Shown here in pieces: positions 6,861 to 16,259 of a DNA stretch of 64,000 nt (its first letter is position 1; each line of letters opens with the position of its first letter). Source of the stretch: Candidatus Latescibacterota bacterium (GTDB lineage Bacteria > Latescibacterota > UBA2968 > UBA8231); the NCBI GenBank assembly GCA_965217585.1, contig OZ244561.1:1440001-1504000 (forward strand), given 5' to 3'. The notes beneath the pieces are model-generated. The model had not been told where the DNA came from and made no database searches. It saw only the letters and a program-made list of their open reading frames with translations. The translations under genes and the position numbers were made by a program.

Positions 6861-9079
6861 TAGCCGCTGGTGGCCATGACCGCTGACGTCTCGCGTTGGG
6901 TCTTTACCAGATTGTAGAAAATGCCCTCGCGCGCCATCAGTTCCTCGTGCGTACCAACTTCGGCTATTTTGCCCGCGTCGAGGACCACGAGGCGATCCGC
7001 GCTGCGCAAGGTCGAAAGCCGGTGGGCAATGGCGAAGGTGGTGCGGCCTTTGACGAGCCGCTGAATAGCCTCTTGGATCTTCTTCTCGGTCGGCGTGTCG
7101 AGCGACGAGGTCGCCTCGTCTAAGATTAGTATTCTCGGGTCGTGGAGAATGGCCCGCGCAATGGAGATGCGCTGCTTCTCACCGCCGGCCAGCTTGTTGC
7201 CCTGCTCCCCGACGACCATGTCATAGCCGTCCGGCTGTTTGACGATGAACTCGTGGGCATTGGCCGCGCGGGCCGCGCGCAGAATTTCGTCGAACGTAGC
7301 GCCGGGCTTGCCGTAGGCGATGTTTTCGGCAATCGTGCCGTTGAACAAAAACGACTGCTGGGCCACCATGCCGATCTGCGAGCGCAGGTCGCGCAGGCGA
7401 ATGTTGCGGATATCGACCCCGTCGATGGCGAGGCGGCCATACGAGACATCGTAAAAGCGCGTGATTAGGTTGATCAGCGTGCTCTTGCCCGTCCCAGACT
7501 TGCCGACCAGACCGATCATCTCGCCCGGCTGCACCACCAAGTCGATGTCGCGCAGGACGATCTTGCCAGGGTCGTAGCCAAAGGCCGCGTTCTCAAAGGC
7601 GACTTGGCCCTTAATCGCGGGGACGCGCTGAGCGCTGGGATTGTCGAAAGGCTCGGAGGGCGCATCGACAATTTCAAAGATGCGCTCGGCACCGGCAAAG
7701 GCCCGCACCATGAAGCTGTAGAAATCGCCAAACCACTTGAGCGGGTGGTAGAGCATCCACAGATAGGCGATAAAGGCCATCAGCTCCCCCAGCGACAGGT
7801 CGCCACCAACGATCTGACTACCACCGAAATACCACACGAAGAATCCGCCAAAGCTCATAAAGAAATTGGTCACCATAAAGAAGACCAACCAAGCGCGCTC
7901 GGCGCTGACGCTGATTTGGCGCAGGGCGTGATTGCGCTGATCAAAACGCTCGGACTCGCGGTGCTCTTGCGCGAAAGCCTTGACCACGCGGATGCCGGAG
8001 ATCGACTCGTTGAGATGCGTCGTCAGCCGCGACCAGCGCACCGACCAACGGCCCCAGAAGCGTTGCAGGCGATTCCAGATCAGGCTTGAGCCAATGACAA
8101 TCGGCGGCACCGGGGCCAGCACGTAGAGGGTCAGCTCCCAGTTCATGTAAAACAGCAGCCCCAAGATGCCGACGATCATCGCGGCATTGGAGACGATATA
8201 GGGCATGTCAAAGAGCAGATAGTCTTCGACCATCTCCGAGTCGTTGTTCATGCGGGAGATCAAAGCGCCGACCTTGCGCTTGTCGTAAAAGCGCAGGGGT
8301 AGGTACTGGAGTGCCTTGAACAAGTCCGTGCGCAAGTGCTCGATGGCGCGAAAGCCGACCCAGACGTTGAGCCAGCGGCGCACCACGCCGACGCCCCACT
8401 CGACGACTCCAATCACAAAAAGGCCGCCGACCAGCCAGTAGAGTAGGTTGATGTTGGCGGCGGCACCGGGTACGAGTACGTCGTCGATGAGATGCTTAAC
8501 GATATAGGGCGGTGCCAACTCCAGCAGCGAGGAGAACACAGTCAGGCCCAACAACAACGCTAGCTGGAAGCGATAGGGCAGCATGTAGCCGATCAGGCGT
8601 CTAAAGGTATCGAATTTGGCGATGCAGACCGGGCATATTCCGCCTACCTCGGGCAGGCGGCGCTGGCATTGCTCGCAGTGCGTGCGGTCCAGCTCGTGGG
8701 GCAGGTTGAGATCCTGGCCCTCTTTGAGCTGCTCAATGCCCTCGGCCACCTCGGCGAATTTGGCCGCCAGTGAGTTGGAGTAATACAAATGAGCGGGTGC
8801 ACCCGCCTCGCGCTCCAGTTCCAAGCGCCCGCCGCCGACTAGCGCCTCAATGCGGGCGGATTTGACCGCTTGCAGCGCAAACTCCACGTCGCCGCTCGCG
8901 CCGTTGGGCGCGAGAACCATCAGGCGCTCCGACGTCACGACCAACCAGCGTTGCTCGAAGCGGTCCTCGCCGGCCATATCCGTGGCGACCTGGATCAGGA
9001 CTTGCTCTTCGCTGCCCTTGCGCGAGCGAACTTTGGCTTCGACGGTGTGCGGCAGATTTTCCAAAAAGAAGGTGGACAT
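6860..9079 (-). CDS. ABC transporter ATP-binding/permease with an N-terminal PH-like domain and CxxC...CPxC segment
   Basis: TM domain, GKSGTGKS, LAGGEKQR, ILILDEATS, AIAHRLST; N-terminal CEQC...CPVC. Confidence 0.92.
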   Translation of the reverse strand: MSTFFLENLPHTVEAKVRSRKGSEEQVLIQVATDMAGEDRFEQRWLVVTSERLMVLAPNGASGDVEFALQAVKSARIEALVGGGRLELEREAGAPAHLYYSNSLAAKFAEVAEGIEQLKEGQDLNLPHELDRTHCEQCQRRLPEVGGICPVCIAKFDTFRRLIGYMLPYRFQLALLLGLTVFSSLLELAPPYIVKHLIDDVLVPGAAANINLLYWLVGGLFVIGVVEWGVGVVRRWLNVWVGFRAIEHLRTDLFKALQYLPLRFYDKRKVGALISRMNNDSEMVEDYLLFDMPYIVSNAAMIVGILGLLFYMNWELTLYVLAPVPPIVIGSSLIWNRLQRFWGRWSVRWSRLTTHLNESISGIRVVKAFAQEHRESERFDQRNHALRQISVSAERAWLVFFMVTNFFMSFGGFFVWYFGGSQIVGGDLSLGELMAFIAYLWMLYHPLKWFGDFYSFMVRAFAGAERIFEIVDAPSEPFDNPSAQRVPAIKGQVAFENAAFGYDPGKIVLRDIDLVVQPGEMIGLVGKSGTGKSTLINLITRFYDVSYGRLAIDGVDIRNIRLRDLRSQIGMVAQQSFLFNGTIAENIAYGKPGATFDEILRAARAANAHEFIVKQPDGYDMVVGEQGNKLAGGEKQRISIARAILHDPRILILDEATSSLDTPTEKKIQEAIQRLVKGRTTFAIAHRLSTLRSADRLVVLDAGKIAEVGTHEELMAREGIFYNLVKTQRETSAVMATSG

Positions 9080-9088
9080 GGATGATCT

Positions 9089-11323
9089 CTATTCCTTAAT
9101 GGCGATGATCTCAGCCACCTCTTTTTGCAAATTGACCAACTCGTAAAAGGTCCCCTGCTTCGCCATAAGCTCCGCGTGCGTCCCCGACTCGACGATGCGA
9201 CCGTCGTCGAGCACCATCAGCCGGTCGGCGTTGCGCAACGTCGAAAGCCGGTGGGCAATGGCCACGGTGGTGCGGCCCTCGACGAGCCGCTGAATCGCCT
9301 CCTGGATCTGCAACTCGGTCTCCACATCGACCGAGGCAGTGGCTTCGTCGAGGATCAGTACGCGCGGGTTGTGGAGGATGGCGCGGGCAATGGAGACGCG
9401 CTGGCGCTCTCCCCCCGAAAGCCCAGCCCCCTTCTCCCCGACCTGGGTCTCATAGCCATCGGGCTTGGCCATGATGAAGTTGTGGGCGTTGGCCGCGCGG
9501 GCGGCCGCCATGATGTCCGCAAAGGAGGAGCCGGGCCGACCGTAGCCGATGTTCTCGGCAATGGTGCCGGAAAAAAGCACCGGCTCCTGCAGCACGATGC
9601 CGATCTGCGAGCGCAAGTCGCGTAGGGCGATGCGGCGGATATCAATCCCGTCGATCTCAATGGACCCGTAGTCGACGTCGTAGAAGCGGGCGATCAGGTT
9701 GACGGTCGTCGTCTTGCCGACCCCGGACTTGCCCACGAGGCCGATCATCTCGCCCGGCTGGATGTCCAGGTCAAAATCCTTCAGCACGGGCTTGCTCTTG
9801 TCGTAGCCAAAGGTGACGCCCCGGAAGCGAATGCCCCCTTCCATTCGCGGCACCCGCTTCGCAGTCGGGTCCTCGTATGCCTCGGGCTGGGTGTCGATGA
9901 CCTCGAAGATGCGCTCGGCCCCGGCAAAGGCCCGCGACATCCAGGCGTTGACTTGGCCGAACCACTCCAAGGGGCCGTAAAACAGCCACATATACGAGTA
10001 AAAGGCCAACAGCGTGCCCAAAGTCATCTTGCCGCCGAGGACCTGCTGCCCGCCGAGCAGCCAGACGACCAAGACCCCCAAACCCGTCAAGAACGTGATA
10101 GTAGCGAAAAACACGCCGCGATTTATCGCAGTCTTTTCGGCGACCTGGCGCAGCCTGCCGTTGGGTTTGGCAAAGGCCGCTATTTCCCGGTCCTCTTGGG
10201 CAAACGCCTTGACCACGCGGATGCCGGAAAGCGTCTCCACCGTGCGCTCGGTCAGGCCAGACCAGACCTCGCCCCACTTGACGAAAAACCCGCGCAGCCG
10301 CTGCCAAAAGATCACCCCCCACAGCATGATCAGCGGCACGGGCACCAACACGTACAGGCTCAACGACCAACTCATCCAAAACAAAAACCCGAGGATGCCA
10401 AAGACCATCAGGCCGTTGATGACGATATAGGGCAAGCCATCGACGAGGAAGTCCTGCAACATGCCAGCGTCGCGGGTGGCCCGCGAGATGAGGGAGCCGA
10501 CCTTGCGCTTGTCGTAAAACTGCAAGGACAGCATTTCCAAGCGGCGGTAGAGGAGCGAGCGAATATCCGCGGTGAGCTGCGCGCCGAGCCAAGTCGCAAT
10601 CCAGCCGTGGGCCCATTCGGCGACCCACGCCGAGAAGCGGACGCCGACCAAGGCCAAGACGAACAAGCCCAAGAGGTGGATGCGCTCGTCAAACCCCGTG
10701 GCGTAGCCCTCCACCGGGACCAACACCTCATCGACGATGCGCTTGGTAATTAGCGGTGGGGCCAGCTCCGCGGCCGTGGTGGCAATGGAGGCGAAGGCCA
10801 AGATGCCCGCTTTGAGCTTGTACGGGCCGATATAGCTGGCGATGCGCTTGAGGGTCGCCAGTTTCTTGATACACGCTGGACAGATGCCGTTTTTCTCTGG
10901 CAAGAGCCGGTCGCAGCGCTCGCAGCGGGTCCGGTCCAAGTGGCCATTGACGGCAAAGGGCTGGCCCTGGCGCAATTGCTCCAAGCCCCGCGCCACCTCG
11001 GACATTTTGCCGGCCTCCGAGCTCGTGTAGCTCAGCAACAAGGCCGGCGCATCCACGCGCTCGATCTCCAACTGGCCGCCGCCGACGCGCGCGTCGGTGC
11101 GCACCTCGGCCAGCGAGGCGAGTGGGATATCGACGACCTCGCCCTGAGCAGGTACGACGAGAATCCGACGCGGGGTGGCCACCAGCCACTGGTGGCCAAA
11201 GCGCCCGTCGGCATCCAAATCCGTAGCGGCGCGGATTAGCACCTCCTCCTCAGCGGGCAAGGCGGCGGCAATCCGTGCTGCTGCGGGCGCGTCGGCTGAC
11301 TCTAGCAGTTTTTGCACGCTCAT
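9089..11323 (-). CDS. Paralogous ABC transporter ATP-binding/permease with the same N-terminal extension
   Basis: GKSGVGKTT, LSGGERQR, VLILDEAT, AIAHRLST; CERC...CPAC. Confidence 0.92.
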   Translation of the reverse strand: MSVQKLLESADAPAAARIAAALPAEEEVLIRAATDLDADGRFGHQWLVATPRRILVVPAQGEVVDIPLASLAEVRTDARVGGGQLEIERVDAPALLLSYTSSEAGKMSEVARGLEQLRQGQPFAVNGHLDRTRCERCDRLLPEKNGICPACIKKLATLKRIASYIGPYKLKAGILAFASIATTAAELAPPLITKRIVDEVLVPVEGYATGFDERIHLLGLFVLALVGVRFSAWVAEWAHGWIATWLGAQLTADIRSLLYRRLEMLSLQFYDKRKVGSLISRATRDAGMLQDFLVDGLPYIVINGLMVFGILGFLFWMSWSLSLYVLVPVPLIMLWGVIFWQRLRGFFVKWGEVWSGLTERTVETLSGIRVVKAFAQEDREIAAFAKPNGRLRQVAEKTAINRGVFFATITFLTGLGVLVVWLLGGQQVLGGKMTLGTLLAFYSYMWLFYGPLEWFGQVNAWMSRAFAGAERIFEVIDTQPEAYEDPTAKRVPRMEGGIRFRGVTFGYDKSKPVLKDFDLDIQPGEMIGLVGKSGVGKTTTVNLIARFYDVDYGSIEIDGIDIRRIALRDLRSQIGIVLQEPVLFSGTIAENIGYGRPGSSFADIMAAARAANAHNFIMAKPDGYETQVGEKGAGLSGGERQRVSIARAILHNPRVLILDEATASVDVETELQIQEAIQRLVEGRTTVAIAHRLSTLRNADRLMVLDDGRIVESGTHAELMAKQGTFYELVNLQKEVAEIIAIKE

Positions 11324-11481
11324 GTCTTAGAAAAATCCCAGGGGTGGCCCCGCAAAACAGGTTGACCCAACCCTGAAGAAGCTACTCTTGGCGTTTGGAC
11401 AATGGCAAGGGGAAACTGGGCGAGAGCGCTCGGTTGTGGACAATTGCTTTTCCAATCCGCTCTTATCCTTACATTATAGGT

Positions 11482-11509
11482 CTATGACCGCTATGACCGC
11501 TATGACCGC
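11482..11509 (+). repeat. 9-bp tandem repeat (ctatgaccg x3) spanning the cysH start
   Basis: Gives three in-frame ATGs (11484, 11493, 11502), encoding MTAMTAMTA. Confidence 0.85.
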
Positions 11510-12290
11510 AGACCAAAAGACGCTGGTGCCCTCGCCTCGCGAAGAGCGCAACCAGCAGCTAGCGCACTACCTCCGCGACCTCGCTCTAGAGCAGATGCCC
11601 GCCGAGGACCTTTTGCGCTGGGCCAGCGAGACCTTTCCCGGCCGGGCCGTACTCAACACCAGCTTCCAGTACACCGGGGTTGCGATGATCCACATGGCGT
11701 CGTCTATGGGGCTGGATCTGCGCTTTGCCACCATCGACACCCTCCGGCTCCATCCCGAGACGTACGCCTTTATGGAGGAAGTCAAAGCGCACTACGGCTG
11801 CCACTTTGAGATCGTCCGGCCTAAAAGCGGCGATGTCGAGCGGATGGTCGCACGTCACGGCGAGTATTTGTTTTTCGACTCCAAGGAAAAACAGGAGCAC
11901 TGTTGCCAAGTGCGGAAGGAATGGCCCAACAACGCGCTGTTGCAGACGGTCGATTGCTGGATCTCGGGGCAGCGTTGGGACCAGTCCGAGCATCGCCAGC
12001 AAACGGCGAAAAAGGCGACTTTGATTGACGAGTACGGCACCCGACGCAAAGTACTCAAGCTCAATCCGTTGGTGGACTGGAGCGAAGAAGCGCTGATGGA
12101 GTTTACGCGGGCAAACGACCTGCCGGTCCATCCGCTCTACGGCCAAGGCTACCCGAGCTTTGGCTGCATCATCTGCTCCACCCCAATCCAGCCCGACGAA
12201 CACAAGCGCAACGGTCGCTGGCGTTGGTTCAACGAACAAACCGATGTCGCGGACGACCGCAAAGAGTGCGGGCTGCACTACAACATCTGA
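11484..12290 (+). CDS. cysH: APS/PAPS reductase, [4Fe-4S] APS-reductase type
   Basis: TIDTLRLHPETY, HCCQVRK, KLNPLVDW, HPLYGQGYPSFGCIIC, GRW, KECGLH. Confidence 0.93.
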   Translation: MTAMTAMTADQKTLVPSPREERNQQLAHYLRDLALEQMPAEDLLRWASETFPGRAVLNTSFQYTGVAMIHMASSMGLDLRFATIDTLRLHPETYAFMEEVKAHYGCHFEIVRPKSGDVERMVARHGEYLFFDSKEKQEHCCQVRKEWPNNALLQTVDCWISGQRWDQSEHRQQTAKKATLIDEYGTRRKVLKLNPLVDWSEEALMEFTRANDLPVHPLYGQGYPSFGCIICSTPIQPDEHKRNGRWRWFNEQTDVADDRKECGLHYNI

Positions 12291-12303
12291 GAGAAACCGC
12301 GCA

Positions 12304-12654
12304 ATGGCCCACACCTTGGAATGGCGCTACCATCGCCCCGGCTGAACAAGCTGCAAGCGCGCACAAGAGTTTCTTGTGCAGAACGGCATTGCCGACGGCA
12401 TCGTGCAGAGTGCGACCAAAGAACCGGTCGCCGGCACGGAAGCCCTCGCCTTGCTAGAGGGCGCGACCGAGCTTTTCGTCGCCCAAGGGCAGCGCGTCCT
12501 CCGCTTCGACCTAGCGTCGCAACGGCCCGCGGACGAGCAATTGCTCCCGCTTCTGTTGGGGCGTTCCGGCAAGCTCCGGGCACCCGCGTTCCGCTGCGGC
12601 ACGCGCCTAATCGTCGGCTACAACCAAGCGCTGCTGCCGCTGGCGTTGGATTAG
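12304..12654 (+). CDS. ArsC-family thioredoxin-fold selenoprotein (U14-x-x-C17)
   Basis: MAHTLEWRYHRPG-TGA(12343)-TSCKRAQEFL...GRSGKLRAPAFRCGTRLIVGYN. The frame stays open after the TGA and a hairpin follows. Confidence 0.88.
12361..12379 (+). promoter_or_regulatory. Putative bacterial SECIS hairpin
   Basis: GCACAAGA-GTT-TCTTGTGC, a perfect 8-bp stem; the loop starts with G, 23 nt after the UGA. Confidence 0.7.
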
Positions 12655-13788
12655 ATGGAGAAAGGTATGTCAACGGTGGAAAATGATGCCTACCTCGATG
12701 AAGAAGAGATCTGTGTCGAAGAAGAGCGGGAGGATCCGAAAGAAAAAATCACAAATCCATTCAATCCTGAGCAGATCAAAATTCGCACCACCCACATCGT
12801 CGTTGAACAGCTTATATCGCGTATCAAGCACAAGGAAATTGATCTAGCACCAGATTTCCAACGACAGGCCGGCATCTGGAACGACGAGCGCAAGAGCCGC
12901 CTCATCGAATCGCTGTTGCTGCGCATTCCCCTCCCGGTATTCTATGTCGCCGCTGACGAGTCTGAAAAGTGGTCAGTCGTCGACGGCATCCAGCGCATGA
13001 CGACCATATATGACTATGTGACGGGCAAGTTCCCGCTTAAACGACTTGAATATCTAACCAAACTCAACGGATGTACGCACGACGAGCTGCGGAGGCCATT
13101 GCAGCGACGAATCAGTGAAACCCAACTCATCGTCAACATCATAGAGTCGGGTACTTCACCGGACGTGCTGTTCAATGTCTTTCGACGTATCAATACAGGT
13201 GGAATGACGTTGAATGGACAGGAAATACGCCATGCACTGAACCCAGGTCCAGTTCGGGATTATCTGAAGGAACTCGCCGAATCCGACGAGTTCAAAAAAG
13301 CCACGGACGGTAGCATCAATCCAAAACGGATGGCTGATCGGGAATGCGTACTGCGATTCCTCGCTTTCCATATCACTCCGTGGGAAAACTATTCCTCCAG
13401 CGATCTCAATGGCTACCTTGTACGCACTATGCAGGAAATCAACTACATGAGTGAGTGTGAGCGAAACAACTTCGCTGTTGATTTCAGGAGAGCAATGTTA
13501 GCGGCATTCGACATATTCGGTGAGAATGCATTCCGCAAACCACCTAACGACCGCCGACCTCCAATTAATAAGGGCATTTTTGAGGCGTGGAGCGTTCAGT
13601 TGGCGCGTTGTCTGCCAGAGCAGATAAGAGTGCTTGTCGAACGGCGGAATGACATCCAATGTTGTTTCAAAAAACTGATAGCAGAAGACAGCGATTTCCT
13701 AGAGGCCATCTCCTATGCTACTGGATCACCACAAAACGTACAGAAGCGATTTCAAGCAATTGAGCAACTTGTCAAGGAGTTCGTCTGA
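12655..13788 (+). CDS. DUF262/ParB-like protein (Menshen NsnA-like)
   Basis: PDFQR, SRLIESLLLRIPLP, VVDGIQR, FRRINTGG motifs. Confidence 0.88.
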   Translation: MEKGMSTVENDAYLDEEEICVEEEREDPKEKITNPFNPEQIKIRTTHIVVEQLISRIKHKEIDLAPDFQRQAGIWNDERKSRLIESLLLRIPLPVFYVAADESEKWSVVDGIQRMTTIYDYVTGKFPLKRLEYLTKLNGCTHDELRRPLQRRISETQLIVNIIESGTSPDVLFNVFRRINTGGMTLNGQEIRHALNPGPVRDYLKELAESDEFKKATDGSINPKRMADRECVLRFLAFHITPWENYSSSDLNGYLVRTMQEINYMSECERNNFAVDFRRAMLAAFDIFGENAFRKPPNDRRPPINKGIFEAWSVQLARCLPEQIRVLVERRNDIQCCFKKLIAEDSDFLEAISYATGSPQNVQKRFQAIEQLVKEFV

Positions 13789-15080
13789 TGCTTCGCAATA
13801 TCAAGCTAATTCACTTCAAGTGCTTTGAGCAGTTGGAGTTGAATTGCAAACAGCTCAATCTTCTCTGCGGTTTGAACGGGATGGGCAAGAGCAGCGTCAT
13901 TCAAGCATTGCTTATGATCCGGCAATCGTTCGAAACTGGAGAATTACTCGCCGGCAGACTGGTCCTGAACGGCGAGCGGATAGACATAGGTACAGGCGAG
14001 GACGTGCTGTTTGAAGACGCTAAACGCGATGTCTTGGGATTCTCACTTGAGAGCGACAAAATAGAAGAACCATGGGAAGAAGAATTTGACTGTCCTAGGA
14101 CATCTGATCGTCTGAATATTAAAAACAAACTGGACGAAGGAGCTTTGAACAATCTTCTGAGCGATTTTTTTAACGATCGTCTAGATGAGAAAATCTTCGA
14201 CGAGGAGAGCTCCTCGGTACGGGAATTTTTACGGCATTTAGGCCCGATATTGAAGGATGAGGACCCCCCGTTCGACGAAGAGAGCGTCCGGGTAATAGGT
14301 CTGGGATTCCTCTACGTATCTAGCAAATGGCGAAATGTTCCACCGTTTGGAGGCCATCTCGTTTACGTAAATGCAGAACGGGTCGGCCCCCAGAAGTTAT
14401 ACTCTGTCTCTTCCAACGTGCTGACTAGGCGCGGTGATTTCGGTACAAGAGGCGAGTACGCGTGGGATTATCTAAATCGCCATCAGAATGACCTACTACA
14501 GGCGGACGATCCTCGTTGTATTGAGGGAGAGGACCGACCACTGAGGGCCATCGTCGACCAGTGGATGCAGGACGTGTGCCCCGGTGCTCATCTACAACTT
14601 GAAGAGGTGAAAGCTGCTGACGCGGTCATCGCCGGATTTACGTTCGACCGGGAGGACGATGTGGCTTCCCGTCGGTATCGTGCGACCAATGTCGGGTTTG
14701 GTCTATCGTATGCGCTGCCGGTCATCCTCGCCCTGCTTTCAAATCCCGGCACACTATGCCTGATCGAAAATCCAGAAGCTCACCTGCATCCCCGAGGCCA
14801 GACCAAGCTAGCCGAATTGGCAGCCCGTGCATCGAAGGCGGGCGTCCAAGTGATTGCTGAGACCCACAGCGATCACTTCATGGATGGCGTGCGAATCGCG
14901 GTCCGCGACGGCCTTATCGAACCAGAAAACGCCGCATTCCATTACTTTGAGCGCAAAGGCAACCAAACTGTCGTCACTTCGCCGCAAATAGACTCGGACG
15001 GGCGATTGTCGTCGTGGCCTATCGGGTTCTTCGATCAGCACGACGAGAATCTGGCAAGGCTACTTGCACCAAAGGAATGA
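13788..15080 (+). CDS. AAA_21 ATPase with a DUF3696 C-terminus (Menshen NsnB-like)
   Basis: GLNGMGKSS, NVGFGLSY, IENPEAHLHP, ETHSDH, WPIGFFDQ. Confidence 0.88.
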   Translation: MLRNIKLIHFKCFEQLELNCKQLNLLCGLNGMGKSSVIQALLMIRQSFETGELLAGRLVLNGERIDIGTGEDVLFEDAKRDVLGFSLESDKIEEPWEEEFDCPRTSDRLNIKNKLDEGALNNLLSDFFNDRLDEKIFDEESSSVREFLRHLGPILKDEDPPFDEESVRVIGLGFLYVSSKWRNVPPFGGHLVYVNAERVGPQKLYSVSSNVLTRRGDFGTRGEYAWDYLNRHQNDLLQADDPRCIEGEDRPLRAIVDQWMQDVCPGAHLQLEEVKAADAVIAGFTFDREDDVASRRYRATNVGFGLSYALPVILALLSNPGTLCLIENPEAHLHPRGQTKLAELAARASKAGVQVIAETHSDHFMDGVRIAVRDGLIEPENAAFHYFERKGNQTVVTSPQIDSDGRLSSWPIGFFDQHDENLARLLAPKE

Positions 15081-15081
15081 T

Positions 15082-16029
15082 ATGCGCGAGTTAGTACTGA
15101 ACGACGCCAGTATTGATGCCGCCGATCAGCGTACTGCTATGGATTGGCTCGCGGATATCGCTAAGGGGATATCGTCGCTTGTTGTAAAAAAAGTCGTTCA
15201 GAACACATTGCGGACGAGTCGCCCTTTACAGGCGATACATTATCGAGGCAACAACTCGCTTTGGGAGATAATCCTCGCACTGAAGCAACACGGTTTGAGG
15301 GAAGAGTATCTATTTCTCATGAGTAGCAGTGTCAAGACTCCTCTGACAAACGAGCTTGAACAAGGTATCAAAGATCGGTTTCTCTCGTGTGGAGGACGGA
15401 CGTTTCCATCGCCAGCAGGCAATTCCCTCGTCTTATGCGCCATCTCCGATGGAATCGCTGTCAGCTTTCCCTCTGATTCGGTCTGGGATAGAAACCTAAT
15501 TAAAGTTGATTTCTACGAACTGAAAGACGACGGAAGTGGCGAGGTAAGTGAGGAAGAAACGTTTGAAGAGATAGACAATCTCTCACGCTCCGATCACGCT
15601 CCGCCAATATGCGAACGCCATCGACAGAATCTTCGCGGCCAAATCACGAGTGCCGAGGGATTGTGGGATAACAGAAAACAGGCATTTCCTAACCTCCTAT
15701 TCGGGCCGGACATAGAGGATCATCTTACTAAAATAAATACCGGCGACCTAGGGACTATCGTCGGCAAGCTAGCAAGTCTCAATGCTGCTGCAGCCGAGTG
15801 GCCCGATGTTGGAGGCGGTGTACCCCGGTGGAAGACCAAAGTAACCAACGAAAGCGAGTCATTGCAGAACGATGCCAAGGAGCGGGAAAATCGGCGGTTC
15901 AGATCGTACAATGGCATAAGCCAACTATTCCTGTGGCACGCCCGCTTTGGCAATTCTGGCCGAATTCATCTCCGTTTCGATCCAAGTTCGCACGAAGTCG
16001 AAATCGGCTACATTGGGCCGAAATTATGA
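15082..16029 (+). CDS. Third gene of the DUF262/ATPase system with a RelE-like C-terminal nuclease (NsnC-like)
   Basis: C-terminal FLWHARF...GRIHLRF...VEIGYIG pattern and operon position. Confidence 0.6.
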   Translation: MRELVLNDASIDAADQRTAMDWLADIAKGISSLVVKKVVQNTLRTSRPLQAIHYRGNNSLWEIILALKQHGLREEYLFLMSSSVKTPLTNELEQGIKDRFLSCGGRTFPSPAGNSLVLCAISDGIAVSFPSDSVWDRNLIKVDFYELKDDGSGEVSEEETFEEIDNLSRSDHAPPICERHRQNLRGQITSAEGLWDNRKQAFPNLLFGPDIEDHLTKINTGDLGTIVGKLASLNAAAAEWPDVGGGVPRWKTKVTNESESLQNDAKERENRRFRSYNGISQLFLWHARFGNSGRIHLRFDPSSHEVEIGYIGPKL

Positions 16030-16055
16030 ACGCTGTGCATTAGGATGCAAAAAAG

Positions 16056-16117
16056 GCTGTGGAACGAGCCCGATCGTCGGCTATAACCAAGAGCCACTAC
16101 CGATGACTTGGGATTAG
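16056..16117 (+). repeat. Degenerate copy of the last 62 nt of the ArsC selenoprotein gene (12593-12654)
   Basis: 48/62 ungapped identity; translates CGTSPIVGYNQEPLPMTWD* versus CGTRLIVGYNQALLPLALD*. Confidence 0.85.
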
Positions 16118-16259
16118 GATTAGATGAGGAGCATCTTCTATACCGACAACGAGTCCGAAAAGAGGTAGTCGTCGAGGGCATTCAGCGAAGACGGCCATCT
16201 ACAACTAATTCCTTGAGAACATGGCATCAATGAGACTTATTTTATAGAGCGGTAGCTTT

